64,000 bases of DNA from Phoronis australis (lineage: Eukaryota; Animalia; Phoronida): assembly GCA_002633005.1 (NCBI GenBank), contig NMRA01000003.1:2723117-2787116 (forward strand). Reading direction: 5' to 3'. Below are positions 50,601-58,480 of the stretch, one piece after another; positions within the stretch are counted from its first letter, which is position 1, and every line of letters starts with the position of its first letter. The notes below the pieces were generated by a model, which was not told the DNA's origin, made no database searches, and saw only the letters and a program-made list of their open reading frames with translations. Made by a program: the position numbers and the translations under genes.

Positions 50601-50979
50601 TAAAAAATGTGTCTTTGCCATTTGTGATGAGCTCTCTTTTGCTCGTTTTTAGAAATTCTTGCTGAAAAAATAATATTTTTGTCTAATGTTTCAGCATCAT
50701 GCTCAACTAAATTTAGGAAAAACACCGACAGGATTACGAACTTTGTTCTGTTGTAGTTATGGTAACCTGTGGTCTCGTCGAGTAATGCATTTTCTATGTT
50801 TGGGGGCACTACTATATGCCATGGAATCCGTCTACAGACTTCCTTACATAATATGTGTTGGTCTTGGCATCTACGTGTTAACACAACTGCACTCAGTAGT
50901 AAAGGGTGAAGAACAGCAGGCAATAGATGGCTCTGATAGTTCTGATGATGGCGACGATGGAAACAAGAAATCTAAATGA
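17559..50979 (+). CDS. PGAP1: GPI inositol-deacylase, complete gene, 24 coding exons, about 917 aa
   Basis: 24 GT-AG, phase-consistent exons totalling 2754 nt. N-terminal TM followed by [48 protein letters not shown], lipase motif IVGHSMGG, TIITQATPH, GGGYRDLLVRSGLT, WVSADHLCIVWC, then a polytopic membrane domain (WLKNFRFSTSLKTDP). These are the hallmark PGAP1/Bst1 motifs. Confidence 0.96.
17878..18244. repeat. Degenerate foldback (hairpin) element in PGAP1 intron 1
   Basis: TTATGTCTCACACTG / CAGTGTGAGGCATAA, AGTACCTTT / AAAGGTACT, TTCCTTCTAACTCGAACAAA / TTTGTTTGAGTTGGAAGGAA pair symmetrically. Confidence 0.65.
19019..19149. repeat. Short foldback element
   Basis: CCTGTAGGA..TCTCTACTGGGGC / GCCCCAGTAGAGA..TCCTATAGG. 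Confidence 0.55.
19778..19845 (+). CDS. PGAP1: PGAP1 exon 2
   Basis: tttccag| [23 protein letters not shown] |gtatgg. Confidence 0.88.
20751..20771 (+). CDS. PGAP1: PGAP1 exon 3 (21-nt microexon)
   Basis: ttttttcag|GGCTTATGCAGAAAGAATTAG|gtgagt encodes AYAERI, supplying the YAE that follows GEG in the family. Confidence 0.8.
   Translation, partial: GLCRKN
20940..20985 (+). mobile_element. Solo HINE 5' terminus
   Basis: TTTTATGCGCCCGCATACTTATATGGGGGCGCAT hairpin matches the family 5' end. Confidence 0.55.
21732..21796 (+). CDS. PGAP1: PGAP1 exon 4
   Basis: [21 protein letters not shown] |gtaagt. Confidence 0.93.
22111..22199 (+). CDS. PGAP1: PGAP1 exon 5
   Basis: VRSLGSVALRKAETFRQGLHFNYFAVDLNE. 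Confidence 0.93.
22498..22540 (+). CDS. PGAP1: PGAP1 exon 6
   Basis: ELSGLFGGVLQEQT. Confidence 0.9.
22841..22932 (+). CDS. PGAP1: PGAP1 exon 7 (catalytic Ser, GHSM)
   Basis: EFVHECVKHILTLYKKVRSPPSSVVIVGHSM |gtgagt. Confidence 0.94.
23179..23275 (+). CDS. PGAP1: PGAP1 exon 8
   Basis: GGVIARGLFTLADFDPQLVHTIITQATPHQSP. Confidence 0.93.
23378..23546. mobile_element. Small MITE-like element
   Basis: AATTGACCTTTCGC ... GCGATCGGTCAATT terminal inverted repeats. Confidence 0.45.
24211..24368 (+). CDS. PGAP1: PGAP1 exon 9
   Basis: VIPLDYSINDYYSRVNAHW...STGGGYRDLLVRSGLTSVQQ |gtaagt. Confidence 0.93.
24821..26142 (+). mobile_element. Non-autonomous Helentron/DINE-1-like element (HINE) with internal satellite array, 3' end cut at an assembly junction
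   Basis: T-run, 5' hairpin ATGCGCCCACATATTTATATGTGGACGCAT, (CCGT/GTCC)n microsatellite, then ~145-160-bp tandem monomers; ends at the single n at 26143. Confidence 0.8.
26290..26830 (+). mobile_element. Older degenerate copy of the same HINE satellite family (duplicate at about 24540-24820)
   Basis: Diverged CCCCTAGTGGCAATTTT and TTTCATGAAATT motifs at monomer spacing. Confidence 0.6.
27448..27533 (+). CDS. PGAP1: PGAP1 exon 10
   Basis: IVADNRSVSSVTMSIPRAWVSADHLCIVW |gtgagt. Confidence 0.92.
28360..28490. repeat. ~20-bp minisatellite (ATCTTGAACTGTGTAC...)
   Basis: About 6 imperfect tandem copies. Confidence 0.75.
28704..28929 (+). CDS. PGAP1: PGAP1 exon 11
   Basis: CNEFVLATKRAMFDLIDVKTGQIT...WSFTRDE. 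Confidence 0.9.
29780..29901 (+). CDS. PGAP1: PGAP1 exon 12
   Basis: tttctag| IKKTRYLVVPVVQGLSFVAVTTIPGDTWIVGCIDGENIQQ(C), phase 0 to 2. Confidence 0.78.
30303..30366 (+). CDS. PGAP1: PGAP1 exon 13
   Basis: SEGVNLSPITRLIAPAKLGRK |gtaagt. Confidence 0.8.
30691..30765 (+). CDS. PGAP1: PGAP1 exon 14
   Basis: MIVLNEEDLLDFTHLLISVPVSRTK |gtaagt. Confidence 0.78.
30989..31226 (+). CDS. PGAP1: PGAP1 exon 15
   Basis: VEISAELFNMTERTV...FYNITVAGLGNIWQAIQARLVSTECSQDTRL |gtaagg. Confidence 0.85.
31732..31801 (+). CDS. PGAP1: PGAP1 exon 16
   Basis: VVDGSLMTLSVPWNMEDVTSYS (family PWxxED motif). Confidence 0.85.
33074..33224 (+). CDS. PGAP1: PGAP1 exon 17
   Basis: SNETDNLISAKLMMAKP...LNPSCTYSVSMAGSFQETLGQ. 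Confidence 0.88.
35682..36979 (-). CDS. Large terminal coding exon of an uncharacterised nested gene (Ser/Arg/Lys/Gln-rich, probably disordered), antisense within PGAP1 intron 17
   Basis: 430-codon stop-free ORF (35682-36974) in AT-rich DNA, far beyond chance length; strong acceptor ttttcctttcag directly upstream (exon starts 36979, phase 1); minus-strand AATAAA at about 35156-35161. Confidence 0.8.
39012..39080 (-). CDS. Probable upstream exon of the nested gene
   Basis: tttgtag| (D)NRRENQTVDHVYTVNDDTETVQ |gtaagt; 69 nt, phase 1-1, joins in frame to the 36979 acceptor. Confidence 0.5.
39314..39379 (-). CDS. Possible further upstream exon of the nested gene
   Basis: ccctag| (D)TDSGDMRERKERHAPSSTQTK G|gtatac, phase 1-1; the internal ATG at 39362 could instead be the start. 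Confidence 0.35.
42525..43811 (+). mobile_element. Full-length HINE copy in PGAP1 intron 17
   Basis: TT-ATGCGCCCACATATTTATATGTGG 5' end, 8 monomers, 3' subterminal inverted repeat GGCGCAT, hairpin CAACGCTCCGCGTTG (43789-43803), CTCTTGTTT end; no TSD. Confidence 0.82.
44321..44405 (+). CDS. PGAP1: PGAP1 exon 18
   Basis: VGRFCGSLLPVFIVVNLLMTLGQQLCEP, continuing the LGQ|VxRF motif across an 11-kb intron. Confidence 0.88.
44430..44780 (+). mobile_element. Degenerate HINE monomers
   Basis: GGATTTTTATGAAATTTGG, GAAAATTGGCA, CCCCTAGTGGCAATTTT. Confidence 0.55.
44837..45060 (-). mobile_element. Second copy of the same SINE family
   Basis: CTGGTACAC...GCACTGATCACCTGGAACCATTT...GGTCTAGC.GTGTGC...GACCTCGAGTAA.GGAAAC collinear with 4405-4580. 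Confidence 0.6.
45395..45485 (+). CDS. PGAP1: PGAP1 exon 19
   Basis: AIKSFADSHQSYADNWRLVPWVSLISYIL |gtaagt, phase 1 to 2. Confidence 0.78.
46062..46262 (+). CDS. PGAP1: PGAP1 exon 20
   Basis: RDVVHWFLAHSGIPDDDL...GLMVILLYLIGYVLVRIH...RLYCG |gtaagt. Confidence 0.82.
47038..47170 (+). CDS. PGAP1: PGAP1 exon 21
   Basis: PSSSFAATLLV...YCGAAALLVVLILALLK, hydrophobic TM segments. Confidence 0.85.
47394..47515 (+). CDS. PGAP1: PGAP1 exon 22
   Basis: AVAAFTRQSPSRHIQLTLLLLLLWLLILNGPSCIVWLKNF |gtgagt. Confidence 0.88.
48118..48216 (+). CDS. PGAP1: PGAP1 exon 23
   Basis: FSTSLKTDPSKLPSLICCTLMLVSSLLPHHVN |gtaaga. Confidence 0.85.
48425..48905 (+). mobile_element. Degenerate HINE copy
   Basis: GTGCCGTCATCTCTGTC 5' segment, CGCCTCCTAGTGGCAATTTT, TGAAATTTG. 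Confidence 0.5.
49360..50604 (-). mobile_element. Full-length HINE copy, reverse orientation, PGAP1 intron 23
   Basis: AAACAAGAGCAACGCGGAGCGTTG at 49360 and CACATATAAATATGTGGGCGCATAAAA at about 50579-50605 are the reverse complements of the same termini; (GGAC)n microsatellite; 8 monomers. Confidence 0.82.
50757..50979 (+). CDS. PGAP1: PGAP1 exon 24 (terminal)
   Basis: YGNLWSRRVMHFLCLGALLYAMESVYRLPYII...DGSDSSDDGDDGNKKSK*. Confidence 0.87.
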
Positions 50980-51643
50980 GGTCTCAGCTCCAGATGTTGT
51001 TTATTTATAGCATTTACAGTAGTGTAAGTGGTCCGAACTTGTTCCATAGTCAAATTGGAAGTTATCTCTAGGCTTGGAGAGAACGGACATTTTATCATTA
51101 CACAAGACCAGGCTTAAAAAATCGGTTTGTCACCACGGGATCATTATGTGCCCCAAGTACAGTCTCAATTTATAGCTTTTTTTGCAAGCCCAGAAATTCA
51201 GATCAGTTTCATAACAGTAAGTGTTCTATTAAAAGGTTTGTTTCTTTAACAAAACACCAATTTATAGCAATTTTAAGTGAGCTGTTGTTTGTTGTTTACT
51301 AATTACTCGTTTTTGATTCATGGATGTTGCGACTGCTTTTTAAAGATTTGCAATTGATTCTTGGTTTACTTTTGTTGTATCCTTGTTTATGAATACAAAA
51401 TGTCGTACAAGACCATTCTGAAATTAAGGATTCAGCATTTTAAATGTTTTACCGTATAACCAAATGTTGTTACTATACCTGTTGGAAATTTTAATGTACA
51501 TTTGTTGACATACACATGTTGTTATTGATTCAATACACTCGCCATTCTTTCGCAAGTTGTGATTTTCAATAGTCCATACTGTTTTTACTGTTGTACACTC
51601 AGTAAAATATGTCCACTTAGCTCTTCATATTTCGTCTTACTCG

Positions 51644-51717
51644 AATAAAATCTCACAGTTCAACATTAGTTTTAAATCTAAAACAAGACAATCACAATAT
51701 TAGAAAAATAGTTTATT
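51644..51717. terminator. Facing polyadenylation signals of PGAP1 (+, AATAAA 51644-51649) and BLOC1S5 (-, AATAAA 51712-51717)
   Basis: Canonical hexamers on opposite strands between the two convergent stop codons. Confidence 0.55.
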
Positions 51718-51827
51718 TATCCAACGGGTGAAATTTAATCTCAAAATCTTAACTTGTAACAATTTTGTCCAACAAATCTAGTCCATTTAAAGCAGCCCGC
51801 CTTGGTCAAACTCTGCACTATCCCGTA

Positions 51828-52004
51828 TTATGGTGTTATTGGTGTGATGCGTAGATTATTCTCCAGTTCTTCATATTGCTTCTTCAGTGCGTCCAAGTCG
51901 TGCTCAAAGTCTTCATCTACTTTAGCACTCTTCTCATACATTTCAGTCATAAACCTCGACCATTCCGTCACTCTCTGTTGTCTCTGTTCAGCCAGCTGAT
52001 CAAC
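51828..52004 (-). CDS. BLOC1S5: BLOC1S5 exon 5 (terminal)
   Basis: ttccag| VDQLAEQRQQRVTEWSRFM...ENNLRITPITP*. Confidence 0.9.
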   Translation of the reverse strand, partial: VDQLAEQRQQRVTEWSRFMTEMYEKSAKVDEDFEHDLDALKKQYEELENNLRITPITP

Positions 52005-55000
52005 CTGGAACACAGTTAACAGTGTCATATGCAAACCTGTGTAAATGCAATTGCTTACATCCAAAAAAGTCAATTCCTCACACAAGAGTTTTGTGCTTGT
52101 ATACAAAAATGACTAATTTGATTCCAGTTTTGTTTCAATCAAGGCGATAATTTAAAAGCTAGGAACGGACACTTGTCTTGTTGGCGAAGGGACTTGCTTA
52201 GCTTATGAGACGAATTCAAACATACATTTTTGGAATACAGTGTTGCTTTTGGTTCAAGTGCACTAGCTCAGATGCACAAAAAATTCGACACGAGCACGCA
52301 AGACATCATAGTACGAGCGCAATTACAGGGACATTGTTTACTTTGGTTCTGTGTAGTGCTAGAGCATCTGCTTGCATAGGAAAATATCTCCACACCTGTT
52401 GGCAAGAGTGGCAGTTACAGCTACTCCTGCCTGTGACCCTTGGTTTACATCTCTCGCAGATTCACGTTTATTGCGTCATTTGGCCTGGTGCTCGAAACAA
52501 AGTTAAAGGACTATTTGCCCATTATTACACAACAGAGAACATGATAACGAAAAATTTGACTTGGGGTTGTAAACAAGGCCTGACTGATCTCAAGGACACT
52601 TTTTTGATGAAATGGATATTGATACGTACTTTAAGTCTTGCTTCCTCATTTTCAATTATTCTTCCACACATTTCGGTAGCAACAGTCACTGAAATAATTA
52701 AAATTCAACATGAGTGACATTTCAGTATTTGTCTGCGTGCAGCAAGACTAACAATGCTGGCCAAGGTGAAGTCAGTAGCACTGAAGTACAAAACATCTTG
52801 AAACTTTTAGAACACACAATCCTTCGGTGCTTTCCATATGCAACTCAGAATTACACATGGTTTGCATTGAATAATAAAATGTTAATATGATGACCAGCAC
52901 AGTAGTTGTAAACAACATTTTGAAGTTGCAACATATTTGCCTGATTCATGTGCAGCATTGTGGGTAACAAAACAGACTTTGATGTTTCAAGACAGCACCA
53001 CACAAAGCAATCCAAACATTGACGGGTGTTGTAGTATGCCCAGTTCACACATACAAGATGAGTTTCATTACGAGTTCTTGTAGATGGAAGGAGAGTCGGA
53101 CACAAATATATGATTCGTTAATCTGAACTGTTCAAAAATAAGGAAGTGACATACAATCCTTGAAAATATCATATCTGTCAAATTTCACGACGAACCATCA
53201 GGAGTCTGATAAGATTGCTATTTGTGTAGACACTAAGAAAACTAGAATCGTCACCAGGGAACAATGGTCTTCGGATGCATATGATAATTAACGTATTCCG
53301 TGCTCTCTTGAACTGTGTATTAAATCTTAATTTCATGGTGATCCTGAAAGAGACTTCAGAAATAGGCAGACACAAAATAACATACACCACTAACGTAATT
53401 GCCATGAAGACAGAATTGTAAGTTTAACAATGGACATGTGCTGCTCTCACTCCCAAAATAACACAGTTGCCAAATTTCACTTAGATTCATCAAGGGACTT
53501 CACAGGGTAGGCACTGCCACTAGGGGGAGACAACACTAGTCGGATCCATCAAAAAATCATCAGTTATGATCTCTTCAAAAGCCACACACTCCAAACTCCA
53601 TGAAAGTCTCTCAAGCAGTTCAACATTCCAAACTTCATAAAAGTCTCTCAAGCAGTTCAACAGACAGGAAGATGCTAAGGGATTGTGGAACATGTCTAAT
53701 TCATCTGAAAATTGACAGATGTCTTCAACTTAATACAAACAAAATGTATATCTGACATTCTGAGCTTTGTGGAAAAAACGCCAAGGAACTTAATGGATAC
53801 AGAGGCAGGCAAAAGGTAAAATTGCAGCTAGGGGGCACAGTAGTAGTTGACTCCATCCAAAAGTTATGATCATCTGTCATCTGGACAGAAACATAACTGA
53901 AACCCTTGGCAAAGATCCAGCACATGATTTAAGAGATGCAACTGTAGGATAACAAATAGAAATGTTGAAGATATGGATAAAAATATTCAAAATAATTAAA
54001 AAGTGAAATATTTCCCCAAATTCCAACTATAAAGATATATGTACATAACGAACCTTTGGCTGATAAGCTCAAAAGTTGTTCACCCAATCCTTCCTTTGAC
54101 CTCGGTAAACTTTTATCAATAATTTCCTGTTGATGCTCGAGAATCTTATTGAGACGTGCTTCTTCTCTGTACTTTCGTTTCTCCTAAATCAAAAGAAAAG
54201 TGAGTAAACAGTTGAGCAATTGTTTCACAAGATAACATTGGGGTGAAATATGAAAGCTCCATGCAGCGCCATGTTAGATTGTTTTTATTCCAAGTTTGGG
54301 GTGGTACCCTTTGTTTTTTATTGTATTCAAATTAAATCTTGTCTGTTGGAATAGTCACAAAATTAAACTCCTAACAATAAGGAGGATTCACATCTCCTTC
54401 AAAGGGAAGACGGTATTGAAGATCAGTGGGGAACTGGTGTCTCTTACTTTCTCACAAGATCTCGTCTGATTTGCAACCTCATGCAAACTCTCATCCCAAG
54501 CACACGGCAATTTGAACCAAGCTCCACCTTCTTTTTTTATTAAGGGAGGGATTGAGTGATTTGATGATTAAAGTCCCCTGGACATCTCTCTGAAACCAGT
54601 TTGTTTCTCTATGCAGGATCTTGACATTGTCATTGTTGAATTCATGACCTGTGTCCTGGAGGTGCTAGGAGTTTATTTTCTGAGTAGCCCAGCATACCAG
54701 ATTTAATTTGAATACAATGAACTTTCCTTCAACAACTTTTTTATTATTATTTTCTGGTAGTATAAATTAGCATCCACTACAATCTTTTTTTTCTAAACTA
54801 CTGACTCAGAACTATAATCCTTAATGGTTGGAATTTGAAGAGCACATGTCTAATGTGGGAACCACCTTCTTTTGTTAGGGAATAACAGCAGAATGATGAC
54901 TTTGAGAGCACCATATGCATTCAATTGTTGCAAACATCTAAGTCAGGCCATTACGTCATCTGGTAGCCATATCACGTGACCTTTTCCACGCCATATTGAG

Positions 55001-58000
55001 ATTGACATGTTCATTTACATTTAATTGTTATCTAAAAGGGCCGCCTAACACCGTATGTAGATCCAGGATGTTGGAAGAGCGGCTCAACCACAATTGTAGG
55101 CAAGACTGTATAAATTCCAAACACGGCGTTTCATATTTGATCATGTCTGTAGGGGATACCCTAAATCCAGCCACGTTTGAAACATGAAAACTTGCACGCA
55201 CTGTAGTGATTGAAGGCTACAAAGCTGTTGTCACCCGTGTGTGTGAACAGTCACCGCAGTATCCAAGGCCAACAACTAGCATTCACTACAGCTATATAGG
55301 TAAGTGAATTGCATTTTGTGGTCGCCGACTCCAGCCATTTCCCATCCACTGCAGATAAAACAATGGATAAATCCCACTCAAATGAGGTCTAGGTTGCTCT
55401 AGGATTGTCTGAGAATACTCATCAAAGCCAAGTAATTACTGCATTTCTTAGAAAATAGCACCAACAAAAGACCACAATGAATTTTTACACAAGGAAAGCT
55501 GGCAGGGAATGATTCCGTTCACAAACGTCATCTTCGAAATGATGCGTGAATAATTAATTAAAGCCTGGAAAAATTCAATCAACTTGAAAACTTATCTCTA
55601 AAGGATAACCAGAACATCATAATTTAACTACAATTAACACTAAAACAGTGGCATTCCTCCTTTATGTTCGCCATACGATTTCAATACTGATGGTGTTTAT
55701 GGAAACAGCTGCCTAACGATTCAAGACATTTCGCTTTATTGATGGACTAATCCACTGAAATTGGTTTAAAGGCCCTTAAGTCAGTACTAGCAGTGCCTCA
55801 GTTTCTGGTCCCTGAAGTCCTTCAGATGGCACCATGGACATTTTGTGTCCTTCACGTTCAAGCATTACTTTTTATATTTAAATTCTAAAAAAAGTAGAGA
55901 AGACAAAGTTTAAAGTATTACCTCAAACTCTCTCACAAAGTAGGCTATTTCCCCATGAAGTACTGGTCTGTGATCAAATAAACGGCTGTATATTTCACCA
56001 ATATCTGCAATGTAAACGTATGGCACTTAGCATTAGAAAATATCAGATTTGTATTATCTGTAAACTACAATTCACATTGTAAACATACTACATGCCACAC
56101 ATAACAAAACCAGACTCAGTGAAAACTGGATTTCTAAATTTTGGTTTGTATAACAAGCCCAAGACTTAAGTCTCTGGTCTAAAGTTCAAGAATGAACAAG
56201 TTGAATAAATAAAAAAATATCACAAGTTGTACTGATGGCAGAGTAAAGGTTGAGTTTACTAGCTCGTGAGGTCCACAAACAATGAAATATAAATTAACCG
56301 GTATACATTTTAAAAAAATACTTCATACAGGCAACGCTAAGCACCATTGATCTCCAATTGCCAACACAGGGGACATTCTAACCTTCCCTGAACCTAGAGT
56401 TAATAAATGCCTAACTCCCCATATTCGGTGCTTGCTCTAATGAGTAACATAAAACATGGACAGGTAGGTTACGCACTCCACACCAATCGACAAGATTGCT
56501 AACCTCAGCCTCAAGTGTCATATATCTTCCATAAGCATCCTTGTAAGCAACTTACAGTATTGTTATTGGCCTAATTTGCAAAGCCATGCTGGATACCTGG
56601 ATATGCATGAAAATGTGCTAAAAATAAAAGTTCCTAATATAAATTAGGCGGCAATAGTCACTCACAGGGAACCTACATTTTGAGAACCAGTTTGACGCCC
56701 ATTATTCAGAGGAGAAAACTGGTTCTCAAAATGCAGGACCCCTGTAGAGGATTATACATTGCCTGTGGATGCTGTAGGTATACAGGTATTGCGTTACCCG
56801 CTACTAGTAACACAGATTTTCATGTAGACTTACCTTTACTCATTCAGGACTTAATTCAATGCTCTTGTGACGCTCTGCGACTTTCAAGTCGGCAATGAGT
56901 AAAGGTAAGAGCGCATGAGAACCTGCGTTAGCTAGTAACACGATACAGGTGATGATCCAGATGAAACGGCTAAACTGATTTTCTTTTTGACTGATAAAAT
57001 AATGTATAGCCAATAATACCGATGGAAACAGTTACCTATGAATAATAAATTGGATATAAACGCCCCACAAAAACTCCCTTTCAAAAAATGTAACCTTGGT
57101 CGTTATTAAGAAAACATGGTTGAGAACGAGTGATCTTTCACAATGTAGTAATAGCCGAGATTACCCAACCCGGGGATCGAACCAACGACCCCCATAAAAC
57201 CAGCAAGCGTGCTAACCATTCAGCTAATAGGCAATTGCCCGTTAGCGAGTAGCTAACAGAGGCTCATATGATTCACCAGAAGCACATCTACAGCAACAAG
57301 TAAACTACCCAAGTGGGTTATATGAATTTAACTTATCAAGAGTCGAGGACCCAGGAACACCAATAAGGTCAATAAGGACAATACTTTACTGACTGGGACT
57401 GGGAGGCAAGTGATCTGGACTGGTAGCTTTGTGGTTTTCAGTATTTTCACTCAAAAGTTATAACCAGTTACCGTTGACAAGTTACCAGTGATGATTTCCA
57501 ACGCTTATATAGGGCGTGTGTTCAGTTGACGCTAGGACCTAGCTAAAACCTAGTCAAAGTCACGTGTTCTCATTTAAAATACACAGCAATTTCTCAGGTA
57601 ATCTCGCAAAATCTTGCTTTTGTTGTAATCGTCAACATCATTCGTCCTTTATCTTTCTGTGGTGTCTTGTGATTTGTCAGTTTTATGGTTCCCCGGATGC
57701 TTGTTTTATTTAAACTGCTGGCGGGAACCCTGCTGGCAGTCTTTCAGCAAGCAATCAGGATGTCAGGGATGGGCACCTGGATTGGGTTTTACCTGAAGCT
57801 TGAATAGCTGTGTTTTAACTGGTGAGTNCCCGCCACCACCGAAAGACACGCACGCCGCTCCAACACCGGGAAATAGGTGCCGACTACGCCAAATGTTGTA
57901 ATAATGGGGAGTCGGTTGGCCAAGAGGACACACAAGTTCGGGCCTATTAACACGGTGCAAGAGCAAAGTCTGGAGAATACTCACATTGCGTCCGCACAGG

Positions 58001-58480
58001 ACGGCAGCGAACTCCAGAAGGCCCAGACGATCTTGTCACGAGGTCTTCATGGGTGACTCGTCACGTGATAGGAGTGTGACCTCGGCTGGGCTCTTCTGGC
58101 GTTAGATGTCGCACCAGGCCAAGACCAACATTGTCACGAAAAGGACATCACAACATAGACGCCACAGCCGAGACTGACGTCGACATTTACTACATTACTG
58201 AACGGGAGGCGGGTTACCCTGGCCGACGATAGGGCTAGACAGGAAGTGTAACCATGCCATACCCAAGATTAGAAATTAGAAAGTAGCTACTAGTCAACTA
58301 GAACTAGACTAGTGCCAGTGCCAGTGCCAGTGCCAGTGCCAGTGCCAGTGTCAGTGAGTGCCGACCAGTGCCAGCGGGCAGTGTTGCCCCTTGTTTTATC
58401 TGTTTACCAATAGCTGGGTCCGCATTAGTGCATAATTCTGAATTTATAATACCTTTTATAACGCTGTTTGTTAGTTCCAT
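51828..58480 (-). CDS. BLOC1S5: BLOC-1 subunit 5 (Muted), complete gene, 5 coding exons, about 158 aa
   Basis: Exons (minus): 58453-58480, 55922-56004, 54054-54183, 52630-52688, 51828-52004; 477 nt, phase-consistent. MELTNSVIKDIGEIYSRLFDHRPVLHGEIAYFVREFEEKRKYRE...EWSRFMTEMYEKSAKVDEDFEHDLDALKKQYEELE matches the Muted family signature (KDxGEIxSRLxDHRPV.xGE..YFVxEFEEKR). Confidence 0.93.
52630..52688 (-). CDS. BLOC1S5: BLOC1S5 exon 4
   Basis: (V)TVATEMCGRIIENEEARLK |gtacgt. Confidence 0.85.
53420..53945 (-). mobile_element. Degenerate HINE monomers in BLOC1S5 intron 3
   Basis: CCAAATTTCA, GCCACTAGGGGG, GCTAGGGGGCACAG, GGATCCATC. Confidence 0.55.
54054..54183 (-). CDS. BLOC1S5: BLOC1S5 exon 3
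   Basis: EKRKYREEARLNKILEHQQEIIDKSLPRSKEGLGEQLLSLSAK. Confidence 0.88.
55922..56004 (-). CDS. BLOC1S5: BLOC1S5 exon 2
   Basis: (D)IGEIYSRLFDHRPVLHGEIAYFVREFE |gtaata. Confidence 0.93.
56795..56940. repeat. Foldback element in BLOC1S5 intron 1
   Basis: CTTACCTTTACTCATT / AATGAGTAAAGGTAAG arms with flanking TAACACAGATTTTCATG / CATGAGAACCTGCGTTA. Confidence 0.6.
57158..57232 (-). pseudogene. tRNA-like sequence (SINE head or tRNA pseudogene)
   Basis: Minus strand reads CCTATTAGCTGAATGGTTAGCACGCTTGCTGGTTTTATGGGGGTCGTTGGTTCGATCCCCGGGTTGGG, with A box and B box, but the anticodon and T stems pair poorly. Confidence 0.55.
57514..58210. mobile_element. Possible longer member of the 60811 MITE family
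   Basis: Left ~110 bp align with 60811-60925; TTACTGAACGGGAGGC right end at 58195-58210; an n at 57828 lies inside. Confidence 0.45.
58312..58374. repeat. (GTGCCA)n hexamer repeat in BLOC1S5 intron 1
   Basis: Six perfect units followed by degenerate ones. Confidence 0.9.
58453..58480 (-). CDS. BLOC1S5: BLOC1S5 exon 1
   Basis: gcaATGG context, MELTNSVIK G|gtatt; in-frame TGA 30 nt upstream; TTCCGG/CTTCCG ETS-like motifs at about 58562-58579. Confidence 0.75.

Noticed and set aside
52205-52717. 170-aa plus-strand ORF
   Set aside because: Lies antisense over BLOC1S5 intron 4 and exon 4, with no recognisable motif or splice support.
57158-57232. Functional tRNA gene
   Set aside because: A and B boxes are present but the stems do not form a clean cloverleaf and no anticodon can be assigned; more probably a SINE head or pseudogene.
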